This document shows positions 41,051 to 49,678 of a stretch of DNA of 64,000 bases, one piece after another. This DNA comes from Candidatus Methanomethylicaceae archaeon GD_Cm_T35_P0_bin.15 (GTDB lineage Archaea; Thermoproteota; Methanomethylicia; Methanomethylicales; Methanomethylicaceae): positions 441,568 to 505,567 of the forward strand of contig JAULTD010000001.1 of the NCBI GenBank assembly GCA_038801785.1, written 5' to 3'. Made by a program: the position numbers and the translations under genes. The notes under the pieces are model-generated. The model ran no database searches and had not been told where the DNA came from. It worked only from the letters and a program-made list of their open reading frames with translations. How positions within the stretch are numbered: the stretch's first letter is position 1; the number at the start of each line of letters is the position of its first letter.

Positions 41051-42280
41051 TTACCGTCTTTGTATAGGAGTTCTTGAAGCTTTAGAGCGACTGTGACGCA
41101 GATTGTCTAATTCTTTTTCAAACATTTCAACGAGGACGCTCCAATCATTACTTTCGATAGCCCTGCGAGCTTTCTCGCCCTCTTGTGTAATTAATTTGCC
41201 TTTAAGAGCGTATGCCTTTTCCACGACTTCTTCTGGATGATCAATATAGACAATACCGCTGCTCTCCCCAAATTCTTTTTGTATGCCAGGCAGCCTTGTG
41301 GCAATCACGGGCTTACTAGCGGCCATATACTCATACATTTTAATAGGAACAATATTTTGCATTACTACTTCATCAAGATATGCAGGTAAAAGACAAATAT
41401 CTGATGCAGACAGATAATCAAGAATCAAGTCAAACGGTTGCTTTCCAACAAGGATTAAGCGGTCTGCAAGATCATAAATATCACGAATTTTACAGAGATC
41501 AAAATAAGCTTCCCCCTCTCCGACGATCAGCATTTTCAAATGGCTTTTTGAGCGTTTAGTGTTAGCTAGACTTAAGGCAACTTCTTTTAATCCAGAAAAG
41601 CTATAGAGCCACCCCATAAAAAAGAGGACGATGTCGGCATCATCGATCTTGTATTTTACTCTTATTTCAGCTCGTTTTTCTGGATTTGGTCTATAGCGGC
41701 TCAGATCCACACCGCCAGGGATAATGACGACTTTAGCTGGATCTGCGCCCATCAATCTTACATAATCTACAAGACCTTTGTTTATTACAATAATTCTGTC
41801 CGACCTTTTTAGCACTGTACTCTCAATCGCTTTAGCGAGCGGTTGCCCTATTTTCTGGGGCACCAATGTATGCAAATGGTCTATCAGATAGTAAACGAAC
41901 GGGATACTCTTTTTCTTACACATATGTGACGCCAAATATGCATTAAGTATACCAAACGAGACGACTACATCAGGTCTAAATTCGTTAATCTGTTTTTCAA
42001 GCTCCAAGCGATGACTAAGTACCAGTGAGATGTACTCCAATAGGGGTAGTTGCACTATTGCAGGTCTGATCAAATCGATCTTTCCTTGTGGGACTACTTT
42101 CCAGCATCCATTGAATACCTCGCGTTTCTTTAAAAAGCGGTATTTTTTGTTTCTCCATAGTATGTCATAATCAATAACACGGATGTAATGGCCTCTCTCA
42201 GATAATCTCTCCATAAGGTGATGTTGTTGATGGGGGCCTCTCTCGATCCAATTCGATTCTTGCAGAACGAGTATGCGCAT
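41051..42280 (-). CDS. Glycosyltransferase family 4
   Basis: MRILVLQ start at 42280; GGVDL, PIKMYEYMAASKPV. Confidence 0.9.
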   Translation of the reverse strand: MRILVLQESNWIERGPHQQHHLMERLSERGHYIRVIDYDILWRNKKYRFLKKREVFNGCWKVVPQGKIDLIRPAIVQLPLLEYISLVLSHRLELEKQINEFRPDVVVSFGILNAYLASHMCKKKSIPFVYYLIDHLHTLVPQKIGQPLAKAIESTVLKRSDRIIVINKGLVDYVRLMGADPAKVVIIPGGVDLSRYRPNPEKRAEIRVKYKIDDADIVLFFMGWLYSFSGLKEVALSLANTKRSKSHLKMLIVGEGEAYFDLCKIRDIYDLADRLILVGKQPFDLILDYLSASDICLLPAYLDEVVMQNIVPIKMYEYMAASKPVIATRLPGIQKEFGESSGIVYIDHPEEVVEKAYALKGKLITQEGEKARRAIESNDWSVLVEMFEKELDNLRHSRSKASRTPIQRR

Positions 42281-42281
42281 C

Positions 42282-43292
42282 TCAGAATTCGCAGGAGCGT
42301 TGGATCTCTGTCCAGTTATTAGCAAACCAGCGGTAAGTCTTGTTCAAGCCCACTTTAAACTCAGTTGTAGGATTATAATGCAATATCTTCTTTGCTTTCT
42401 CTATAGAGGCTAGCAACCTGAACTTCTGATCCCAGTCTCTTCTCTCCCTATATATAATTCCAGCATGATTTCCAGTAATCTCGTTTACCCAAGCAGCTAG
42501 ATCGTTTATCTTTATTTCGCGATTTGTGCCGAGATTGATTGCTTCACCAATAGCATCCTCGTAATAGGCCATTGCCAACAAGCCGTTTACGATATCACCC
42601 ACGTAAGTGAAATCACGAGTTTCTTCTCCAGTCCCTGTAATAGGCAAAGGTTGCCGATTCATGGCCCAATAGAAAAAGTTCGGGATTACATTACGATATT
42701 TGCCTGGAACCTCTCCCGGACCATAAGAGTTGAAGAATCTAGCGTTCACTATAGGCAGATCGTACAAGTTATAGTAACAATTAGTGTAGAGCTCACCTAA
42801 CATCTTAGTGACTTGATATGGCGTATACAATTTCATGGAAACATCGTGCTCTTCGAAGGGCATCTTTGAATCCGAACCGTAAATACCGCAACCGGAGGAA
42901 GAGTATATGAAACGCTCCACTCCAACAAGATGTGAGTATTCGAGCATCCTCAAAATCCCCATTCCGTTGACCATTAAATCTGTCTCAGGATTATCGACCG
43001 AATTCTGATTGGCAAAATGGGCCGCCAGATGGTATACGATTTCAGGTTTTCTTTTGAACGCCCGTCTGAGGTACTCTTCGTCCAATACACTGCCTTTAAT
43101 AAACCGTATCTTTTGTCCACGGGGAACATTCCACTCGTATGAGGAAGAAAGGTCATCCAAAATGATGACTTCTTTTGTATCCAAGGTGTTGAGTGTTCTG
43201 ACCAAATTTCCTCCTATAGCACCTGCTCCGCCTGTTACCAGAACAGTCTTTCCTTTAAAGGAGTTTTTTACTTCTTCCATGTTAATCACCAA
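42282..43292 (-). CDS. NAD-dependent epimerase/dehydratase
   Basis: TGGAGAIG, HLAAHFANQNS, YQVTK, RFFNSYGPGE. Confidence 0.92.
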   Translation of the reverse strand: MVINMEEVKNSFKGKTVLVTGGAGAIGGNLVRTLNTLDTKEVIILDDLSSSYEWNVPRGQKIRFIKGSVLDEEYLRRAFKRKPEIVYHLAAHFANQNSVDNPETDLMVNGMGILRMLEYSHLVGVERFIYSSSGCGIYGSDSKMPFEEHDVSMKLYTPYQVTKMLGELYTNCYYNLYDLPIVNARFFNSYGPGEVPGKYRNVIPNFFYWAMNRQPLPITGTGEETRDFTYVGDIVNGLLAMAYYEDAIGEAINLGTNREIKINDLAAWVNEITGNHAGIIYRERRDWDQKFRLLASIEKAKKILHYNPTTEFKVGLNKTYRWFANNWTEIQRSCEF

Positions 43293-44226
43293 TCCTGTAG
43301 TACCATCTCATCCAATCTACAGTTCTTCGAATGCCTTCCTCAGGAGGCACAGTAGGATTGTGTTTCAAATCACGTATTGCTTTCGAACAGTCAATGGTCT
43401 TTACCTTCGTAGTAAAGGGCTCACTCTCATTATACGAAACAAGCGAGTCATCCCTGCCAACAATCTTTAGCACTATGTCAGAATAGTCCTCAATACTCCG
43501 CTCCCATTCAGGTTTGCCTGCCACATTGTAGACTTCACCGGGTATGAAATTATTAATGATGTTTGCAAAAGTCATGCAGGAATCTTCGACATAATCTATA
43601 ATTCTCTTATGACCTTTGAAGACAACATACGGCTTGTTAAATAACGCGTGGTATATGAACTTGGGTATAAACCCCCTATAAGGAGTGTAATGCTCGCCAG
43701 GCCCATAGCAGTTCACAGGACGAACTCTTACAATCTCGGTTCCAAACATGCTGGCAGAGTTCATGCACATCAACTCGCCCGCCCATTTGGTAATGGCATA
43801 ATCATTCATCTGATAAGTTTCCTTGATTGGCTTGCACTCCATTATATCTTCGGTCATTACATCGTTATAATCGCCGTAAACCTCTGCTGAAGAAAAGAAG
43901 ATCATCCTAAACCTGAGTTTTTCCTGCAATCTAAGCATATTCTTTGTACCAATAACGTTGGTCTCCCAGAGATTTTCATAATAATCTTCGCCATTCCATC
44001 GACCGTACTCGGCTGCCAAGTGATAGACGTAATCAAACCGGTCTTTTTCAAAGACTTTTTCAATTTGTCGAAAATTACGTACATCTGCGCGTATGTAGTT
44101 ATCGCGATCATTATTGAAAAGATCGAGTGCGATAACACTATGACCGCGCTTTCTTAACTCATTTACTAAATTTGTACCAATAAAGCCTGCTCCACCGGTA
44201 ACGAGTATCCGTTGAGTATCCATCAT
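43282..44226 (-). CDS. NAD-dependent epimerase/dehydratase
   Basis: TGGAGFIG, HLAAEYGRWNGE, YAITK. Confidence 0.92.
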   Translation of the reverse strand: MMDTQRILVTGGAGFIGTNLVNELRKRGHSVIALDLFNNDRDNYIRADVRNFRQIEKVFEKDRFDYVYHLAAEYGRWNGEDYYENLWETNVIGTKNMLRLQEKLRFRMIFFSSAEVYGDYNDVMTEDIMECKPIKETYQMNDYAITKWAGELMCMNSASMFGTEIVRVRPVNCYGPGEHYTPYRGFIPKFIYHALFNKPYVVFKGHKRIIDYVEDSCMTFANIINNFIPGEVYNVAGKPEWERSIEDYSDIVLKIVGRDDSLVSYNESEPFTTKVKTIDCSKAIRDLKHNPTVPPEEGIRRTVDWMRWYYRIGD

Positions 44227-44236
44227 ACGAACCTCC

Positions 44237-45214
44237 TTAACCTTTATTTTCCTTGTTGTTCTTGATACTGTATAATATAAGAGAGGTCATCGCCAGAAAC
44301 ATGCCCCCAATTGTCACACCTAAACAGACTATCGCCAAAGGTATACTGAAATACCGCGTCTGATTGAAGATTAGCAGTAAATAGCCTCCAAGTATGAGGC
44401 CTGCGGAAAACAAGGAGATCCCGGGGACGCCTAGGACTAACAAAGGACGCCGATGAACGGTCAGCTTCGCGATCGTATCGATAAGCTCGAGTCCATGTCT
44501 TAAAGGGCTCTTTTTCGAGGTTTGTGCCAGCCCATCATAAAGTACGGTTACAGGCACTTCCTTAATCTTCAGATTGTGCTCCTTAGCTATAGCCAGCTGT
44601 TCGGACTCAGTGCCGTAGCCCTCCACTTCACAGGACAGCATCGCCTCAAGGGCCCTCTTGGAATAGGCGCGGTAGCCGCTCTGGGTATCCTTAACAGTAC
44701 CTCCCCCGCTTAACGCATTGATTATGCGCAGCCCAAACCTGCGGTAGAGGGGCGCATCGGTCCAAGCGCCGTCAACGTAGCGAGAGCCCAGCGCGATATC
44801 GGCCTCGCCGTTCAGTACGGGCTCAATCAATAGCGGGATCTCATTCGGATCGTGCTGGCCGTCAGAGTCCAGCGTCACGGTCACGTCGGCCCCTATGTTC
44901 AAGGCGTGCTGGAACAGGTGCTTCAGGGCTACGCCTTTCCCCTGGTTCTTCTTGCTCGATATCACGTAGGCTTTCAGGGCCGAGGCTACCTCGCTGGTCA
45001 TATCTTCAGAGCCATCATCGTAGACCAGCACCTCGTCGACGTACTTCTGGGCTTTGATTATGACGCTGGGGAGAGTCCTGTCCTCGTTGTAGGCGGGTAT
45101 GCACGCAACGATCAGCTTGTGCTCGCTTACTGGAAGGGTGCGCTCCAGCATATCGCCCGTAACTCCCCGGCTACAAGTAACGCTTTTTGCCCTTACGTGC
45201 TCTTTACTTATCAT
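44237..45214 (-). CDS. Glycosyltransferase family 2 (Dol-P-sugar synthase/DPM1-like) with two C-terminal TM helices
   Basis: IPAYNE, DDGS.D, LDSDGQH, GSRY, DTQSGYRA. Confidence 0.92.
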   Translation of the reverse strand: MISKEHVRAKSVTCSRGVTGDMLERTLPVSEHKLIVACIPAYNEDRTLPSVIIKAQKYVDEVLVYDDGSEDMTSEVASALKAYVISSKKNQGKGVALKHLFQHALNIGADVTVTLDSDGQHDPNEIPLLIEPVLNGEADIALGSRYVDGAWTDAPLYRRFGLRIINALSGGGTVKDTQSGYRAYSKRALEAMLSCEVEGYGTESEQLAIAKEHNLKIKEVPVTVLYDGLAQTSKKSPLRHGLELIDTIAKLTVHRRPLLVLGVPGISLFSAGLILGGYLLLIFNQTRYFSIPLAIVCLGVTIGGMFLAMTSLILYSIKNNKENKG

Positions 45215-45265
45215 AGTTTTAGTGCATAAGCGCTATAAAGGGATTGTGCAACGCCATCCGCATTC

Positions 45266-46294
45266 TCAGAAGGGCGGCGACGTCACATTTACCCACAGGT
45301 GAGTCCACAGCCCGGTATAATCGAGCCTCTTTGTTGTGCTGTTGAAGGACCACAGCTCGAAGATTATCCGCTGGCTCGGGCCGGTCTTGGAAAGGGTCAG
45401 CTCCAAGGGATAAGTCCCGCTGCCGTTGTTGGTCAGAACCTTATCGAGCCGGAGCACCGTACTTGCGGGGGAAGGGTCCATCTCAGTCGAGTTATCCCCC
45501 ACTTTCACCAGGACCGAGTACCACATCGGCTCACCTACATGGTTCCCAACATAAGCGTACAGGTCGATGGTCTGGCCGGATACCACCTCCTTCGGGTAGT
45601 CGCTCAGCTTCTGGCCGGGACCCAGTATGCCGAGTTCCGAGAAGGACTCCCCGGTCCTCCCCGCGGCAACAGCAAGTGAGGCGGGCACCAGCGCAACGAC
45701 CAGGAGCACGGCGACAATCGCAAGGGCAGCATGCTCCATCGTAAATATCGTGGATTCCTCGCCGTCATCGCCAGCGCCCTCCCCTTTCCGGACCTTGGGC
45801 TTCGCTGTCTCTCCGTTTACCCTCACAACGCTGCCTCCCCTGACCCTCAGCCACGCCTTCCAGAGCCCGCCAGCACCGAACCTGAAGACCAGCCCGGCGG
45901 CGATAACCGCCCCGGCGGTGGCCGCGATCATGGCGACCGTCCCGTTCTGGTTCTGCCTTTCGCCTGCCTCCTTGACTGCCGCCATATCCCGCATGACCTC
46001 TTGAGCGATGGAGCTCGCCTCCTGCGCCAGCGTTGCAGAGCCGGCCGGGTCAGAACCAGCCATGGCCTCGGCGCGCAGCATCTTCTCTATCGCCTGGTTC
46101 AATAATTCTACATCCCTCTGCGGCACGCTGCCCGCCACGGCGTAGGCGTCCTGCAGCGACACGAACGCGTCCTGGACGCTGGCCCAGGAGCCGGCAATGG
46201 TCGCATCGGCCGGAGCGCCCTGCACTGCGGAGACGGCGCCAAGCGAGGCGATCACCGCCAGCGCCAATGAGAAGACGGGCAACCTCAGGTTCAT
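45266..46294 (-). CDS. DUF1616-domain membrane protein (signal peptide, helical region, TMs, C-terminal beta-domain)
   Basis: ESFSELGILGP..KLSDYP..VGNH..IIFELW..THLWVNVT. Confidence 0.8.
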   Translation of the reverse strand: MNLRLPVFSLALAVIASLGAVSAVQGAPADATIAGSWASVQDAFVSLQDAYAVAGSVPQRDVELLNQAIEKMLRAEAMAGSDPAGSATLAQEASSIAQEVMRDMAAVKEAGERQNQNGTVAMIAATAGAVIAAGLVFRFGAGGLWKAWLRVRGGSVVRVNGETAKPKVRKGEGAGDDGEESTIFTMEHAALAIVAVLLVVALVPASLAVAAGRTGESFSELGILGPGQKLSDYPKEVVSGQTIDLYAYVGNHVGEPMWYSVLVKVGDNSTEMDPSPASTVLRLDKVLTNNGSGTYPLELTLSKTGPSQRIIFELWSFNSTTKRLDYTGLWTHLWVNVTSPPF

Positions 46295-46298
46295 CTCA

Positions 46299-47858
46299 TC
46301 AGTAAGCGTGCCTCTTCGGCCCCGCCACCACGATCCTGTACCCTTTCTCAGCCATGGCCCTCAGGCTTATAGACAGTTCTTCCGCATCATGCGAAGACAC
46401 CACAACGATCGCGGCAGGGGGCCCCACCTTCTCCGCCACCCTCTTCAGGGCGCTGCTTGCCGGCGCGTCCTTCGCTGCTTCCTGCACCGCCCGGTTTTCC
46501 AGGTCCAGCACGCTGCCCAGCCCGCTCCCCTGCTCACCGGCGCCAACAAGGTGGATGTCCCGCCTCAGGCGTAGGGGGTCCACCGGCTGCAGCACCCTCC
46601 CGGCGGGCGGCGCCACGGCGATGCGCTTGGTCAGCACCATCGATCTTATCAGGGCTTCCCGGGGGCTCGCCAGCCCGGCAGACTCGACCACCCCGCCAGA
46701 GTCGAAGGCGGCCATTGCGACAGGCACGCCCTCCCTCGCCAGGGTAAGCGCAGAGGTTATCAGGCTGTAGGCAAGCTCGTCGGCGTCCTCCGCGTCCTTA
46801 GCCGTCAGATCAGCCACAATGATCGCGGGCTGGACCTGCCCTCCCGCGAACTCCTTCACCACGAGCTCCTGGAGCCTGAACGTGTGCCTCCAGTCCACGT
46901 CCTTGACCCTGTCCCCCGGCTGGTACTCCCGGCTGCCGTAGTAGTCCACGCCGCGCCTCGAGGGCTTCTGAACCCTTATCGGGGGGGTAGCCATCGACGG
47001 ATAATAACCGGCGGCAGCCTGCTCCAGGTACTTCTCGGCGAGCCATTCCGCGTACCGCGCCTTCGGGATGACGTGCACGTCCAGGGGGTACAGCACCTGC
47101 CCCACGGAGACGAAGCCCCACGGATCCGTCACGGTCGCGTTAATCGCCACGTCGGACGGCGCGGCCAAGGGGGGCGTCACCGTCAAACTCCCCTCGTATC
47201 CCCCTCCCGCCTCCAGTGCGAGGGCGTCCGCGGAGACGGAGACCCACGGCTGCGCAGGCTCCATCTGCAGCGTCACCGGGATCTGCGCGCCTGTCCTGAG
47301 GCTGAGGGGGGCGCTCACCGTCTCCCTGACGAGGACGCGCCTCTGCGCCGTGGCGACGGAGATCGGCGCCCTCGGGATGTTCATGACGGAGTGGGCAAGT
47401 ATTCCTATCAAATATGCTCCACATAACATGCACGCCAGGATCAGCTCGGCCCTTGCCAGCACCAGCGATGTCAGGGACAGCAACGCCAAAGCGGTGAGCA
47501 GGGTCCGCGGCAAGGGGGCGATGCTCCTCCCCGCCCTGAACTTCCCCCCGGTCTGGGCCGCGCCCGCCGATTTAAGGCACGGCTCCATCCTCAGCAGGAG
47601 GGGCGCGGCAGCCGCTGCGGCTGCGTATGGCCCCGTAATAGGTGCAAGCAGCAGGGGCACAATGAACAGCGTCGCGAAGAGGAGCGCGAGCGCCTGCCCT
47701 GCACCCCTTATTTTTATCCGGTACATCCTAAAGGCGTGGGCGGCGAGCAGCAGCACTGCGAACGCTGACCCTGGCAGCCCGGCGGCGATGGACGAGGCTG
47801 CGAGCACGATCATTATGTATGCGTCCAGCGCCTTCCGCACCACAGGCCGCTCTCTCAT
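46299..47858 (-). CDS. DUF58 (vWA-like MoxR partner) protein with N-terminal TMs
   Basis: TDPWG, REYQPGD...DWRHT...LVVKEF motifs. Confidence 0.88.
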   Translation of the reverse strand: MRERPVVRKALDAYIMIVLAASSIAAGLPGSAFAVLLLAAHAFRMYRIKIRGAGQALALLFATLFIVPLLLAPITGPYAAAAAAAPLLLRMEPCLKSAGAAQTGGKFRAGRSIAPLPRTLLTALALLSLTSLVLARAELILACMLCGAYLIGILAHSVMNIPRAPISVATAQRRVLVRETVSAPLSLRTGAQIPVTLQMEPAQPWVSVSADALALEAGGGYEGSLTVTPPLAAPSDVAINATVTDPWGFVSVGQVLYPLDVHVIPKARYAEWLAEKYLEQAAAGYYPSMATPPIRVQKPSRRGVDYYGSREYQPGDRVKDVDWRHTFRLQELVVKEFAGGQVQPAIIVADLTAKDAEDADELAYSLITSALTLAREGVPVAMAAFDSGGVVESAGLASPREALIRSMVLTKRIAVAPPAGRVLQPVDPLRLRRDIHLVGAGEQGSGLGSVLDLENRAVQEAAKDAPASSALKRVAEKVGPPAAIVVVSSHDAEELSISLRAMAEKGYRIVVAGPKRHAY

Positions 47859-48793
47859 TCCGCCTTCGGGACGGGCGCCTCCTTCATCACGCCGTCGATG
47901 ATCGATCTGGGGGTCACGCCGTCGATCTCGGCCTCGGCCTTGACCCGTATCCTGTGCTCCAGCACCGGGAGAGCCAGCTGCTTCACGTCGTCCGGTATAA
48001 CGTAGTCCCTCCCCCTCATGAATGCCATGGCTCGGGAGCCCTTGTAGAGCGAGGTCGTGGCCCTCGAGCTCGGCGCCACCAGCACGTCGGGGTTCCTCCT
48101 TATCCTGTCAGCCAGGTCCGTGATGTAGCCGCGTATCCCGTCGGAGACGTAGACCCGCTTCACCGCCTCCCTAACCTTCACGATATCGCCGAGCGAGGCG
48201 GCCACCCTCACGTCCGGGCTGTCGATATAGTCGATCCTCTCCAGCACCCTTGCCTCCGCCTCCTTGTCGAGGTAGCCGCTCCAGATCCTGAACATGAACC
48301 TGTCCGCCTGCACCTCCGTAAGCTGGGACGTGCCCTCAAAGCCGTACGGGATCTGCGTGGCGATGACCATGAAAGGCTGCGGCACGGCGTGCGTCCGTCC
48401 TTCCACGGTGACCTGCCCCTCCTGCATCACTTCTAGGAGGGCGGACTGGGTCCGGGCTGTGGTCCGGTTGAGCTCGTCCGTCAGCACGATGTTCCCGAAG
48501 ACTGGCCCCGGTATGAACCTCGACTTGCCGTCCGGCGTGTAGAAGTAAAATCCGGTCACGTCAGAGGGCAGCATGTCAGGCGTGAACTGGATCCTCCTGA
48601 ACTCGCCGCCGATCGCCCTGGCGAAGGTCTTTGCGACAAGCGTCTTCGCGGTGCCCGGGAGGCCCTCAATGAGCACGTGCCCCCCGCTGAATAGTGCCGC
48701 CAGCATGACCTCCTTCACGTCGTCCTTCCCCAGGACCACTTTCGAGACTTCGTCTATGATCCTCCTCGGTACCTCGAGCAGCTCGGATGCCAT
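47855..48793 (-). CDS. moxR: MoxR-family AAA+ ATPase
   Basis: GHVLIEGLPGTAKT, RIQFTPDMLPSD, DELNR, QSALLE. Confidence 0.95.
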   Translation of the reverse strand: MASELLEVPRRIIDEVSKVVLGKDDVKEVMLAALFSGGHVLIEGLPGTAKTLVAKTFARAIGGEFRRIQFTPDMLPSDVTGFYFYTPDGKSRFIPGPVFGNIVLTDELNRTTARTQSALLEVMQEGQVTVEGRTHAVPQPFMVIATQIPYGFEGTSQLTEVQADRFMFRIWSGYLDKEAEARVLERIDYIDSPDVRVAASLGDIVKVREAVKRVYVSDGIRGYITDLADRIRRNPDVLVAPSSRATTSLYKGSRAMAFMRGRDYVIPDDVKQLALPVLEHRIRVKAEAEIDGVTPRSIIDGVMKEAPVPKAE

Positions 48794-48799
48794 CTCAGT

Positions 48800-49678
48800 T
48801 CAGCTCCTCCGCCACAGTGGTAATGTTGTAAGTGTGGCAATCAGTGTTATTAAGGCTAGTGAGCCGGCCTGCGTCGACGCCGCGGCGTGGAGTACGGCGA
48901 GCACCAGCTTTGCGTCATCGAGCGGCGCCCTCGGCAGGTGCGACTGGTCGATAATCACCTGCCTGCTCCCGTCGAGATTAACCAGCCTCCCGGCTGCTAG
49001 GGAGTTGCCGTCCACGCCGGCCATGCTGTTTATGATTATGCTGGGGTCTGCAACCGCTATCACGCAGCCGTCCCCCAGCTTCTGGTACCCTGCCACCGGC
49101 AGCGGGCCGCTCGGGTCGCCGGCAGACCTTGCAGAGTTCCCGTCCGTGTCGAGGAAGCTGAACTCCGATGACCTTACGATGACGCTTACGGAGCCCCCGC
49201 TGACTGTGAGTGACGTCGCATGGTTGAGGGCGATGTCCCCGGTCCCGTTCAGGGGGTATGAGAGGTCGCTGGCCCTCGGGAACATCGCGTTCCGGTAGTT
49301 GAATATGGGGTCCATCAGGCGCTCGCCGGTGAACCGCATCTCCGCCCCCAGATATTCGAGCACCTGGTTCCCGTAGCCATAGTCGTCCATAATCAAAAGG
49401 ACGCCCCCCTGCACGACGAACTGCCTGATCGCGGATAGGTCGCTCCCGTTCAGCGGGACGTACGGGATCACTATGAGGGTCGAGTTGCCCGGATCCGCCG
49501 GCAGGTCTGCCAAGGAGGTTATGCCCGCAGCGTTGTTCCGTTCCCTGAAGTCGGTCAGCCCGTTCCAGAACGGGTTGTCAATGCGGAAGTCGCCCGTGGG
49601 GGGGAAGTACCAGACGAGCAGGGCTAGCGACATCACTACAGCAAGCGTGAGGGCGGGTAAGAGCTTACGAGCCTCCAA
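48800..49678 (-). CDS. DUF4350-like membrane-anchored protein
   Basis: NPFWNGL, FVVQGGVLLIMDD.G..N, VADPSIIINSM, IDQSH; TTG start at 49678 overlaps the upstream gene. Confidence 0.8.
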   Translation of the reverse strand: MEARKLLPALTLAVVMSLALLVWYFPPTGDFRIDNPFWNGLTDFRERNNAAGITSLADLPADPGNSTLIVIPYVPLNGSDLSAIRQFVVQGGVLLIMDDYGYGNQVLEYLGAEMRFTGERLMDPIFNYRNAMFPRASDLSYPLNGTGDIALNHATSLTVSGGSVSVIVRSSEFSFLDTDGNSARSAGDPSGPLPVAGYQKLGDGCVIAVADPSIIINSMAGVDGNSLAAGRLVNLDGSRQVIIDQSHLPRAPLDDAKLVLAVLHAAASTQAGSLALITLIATLTTLPLWRRS

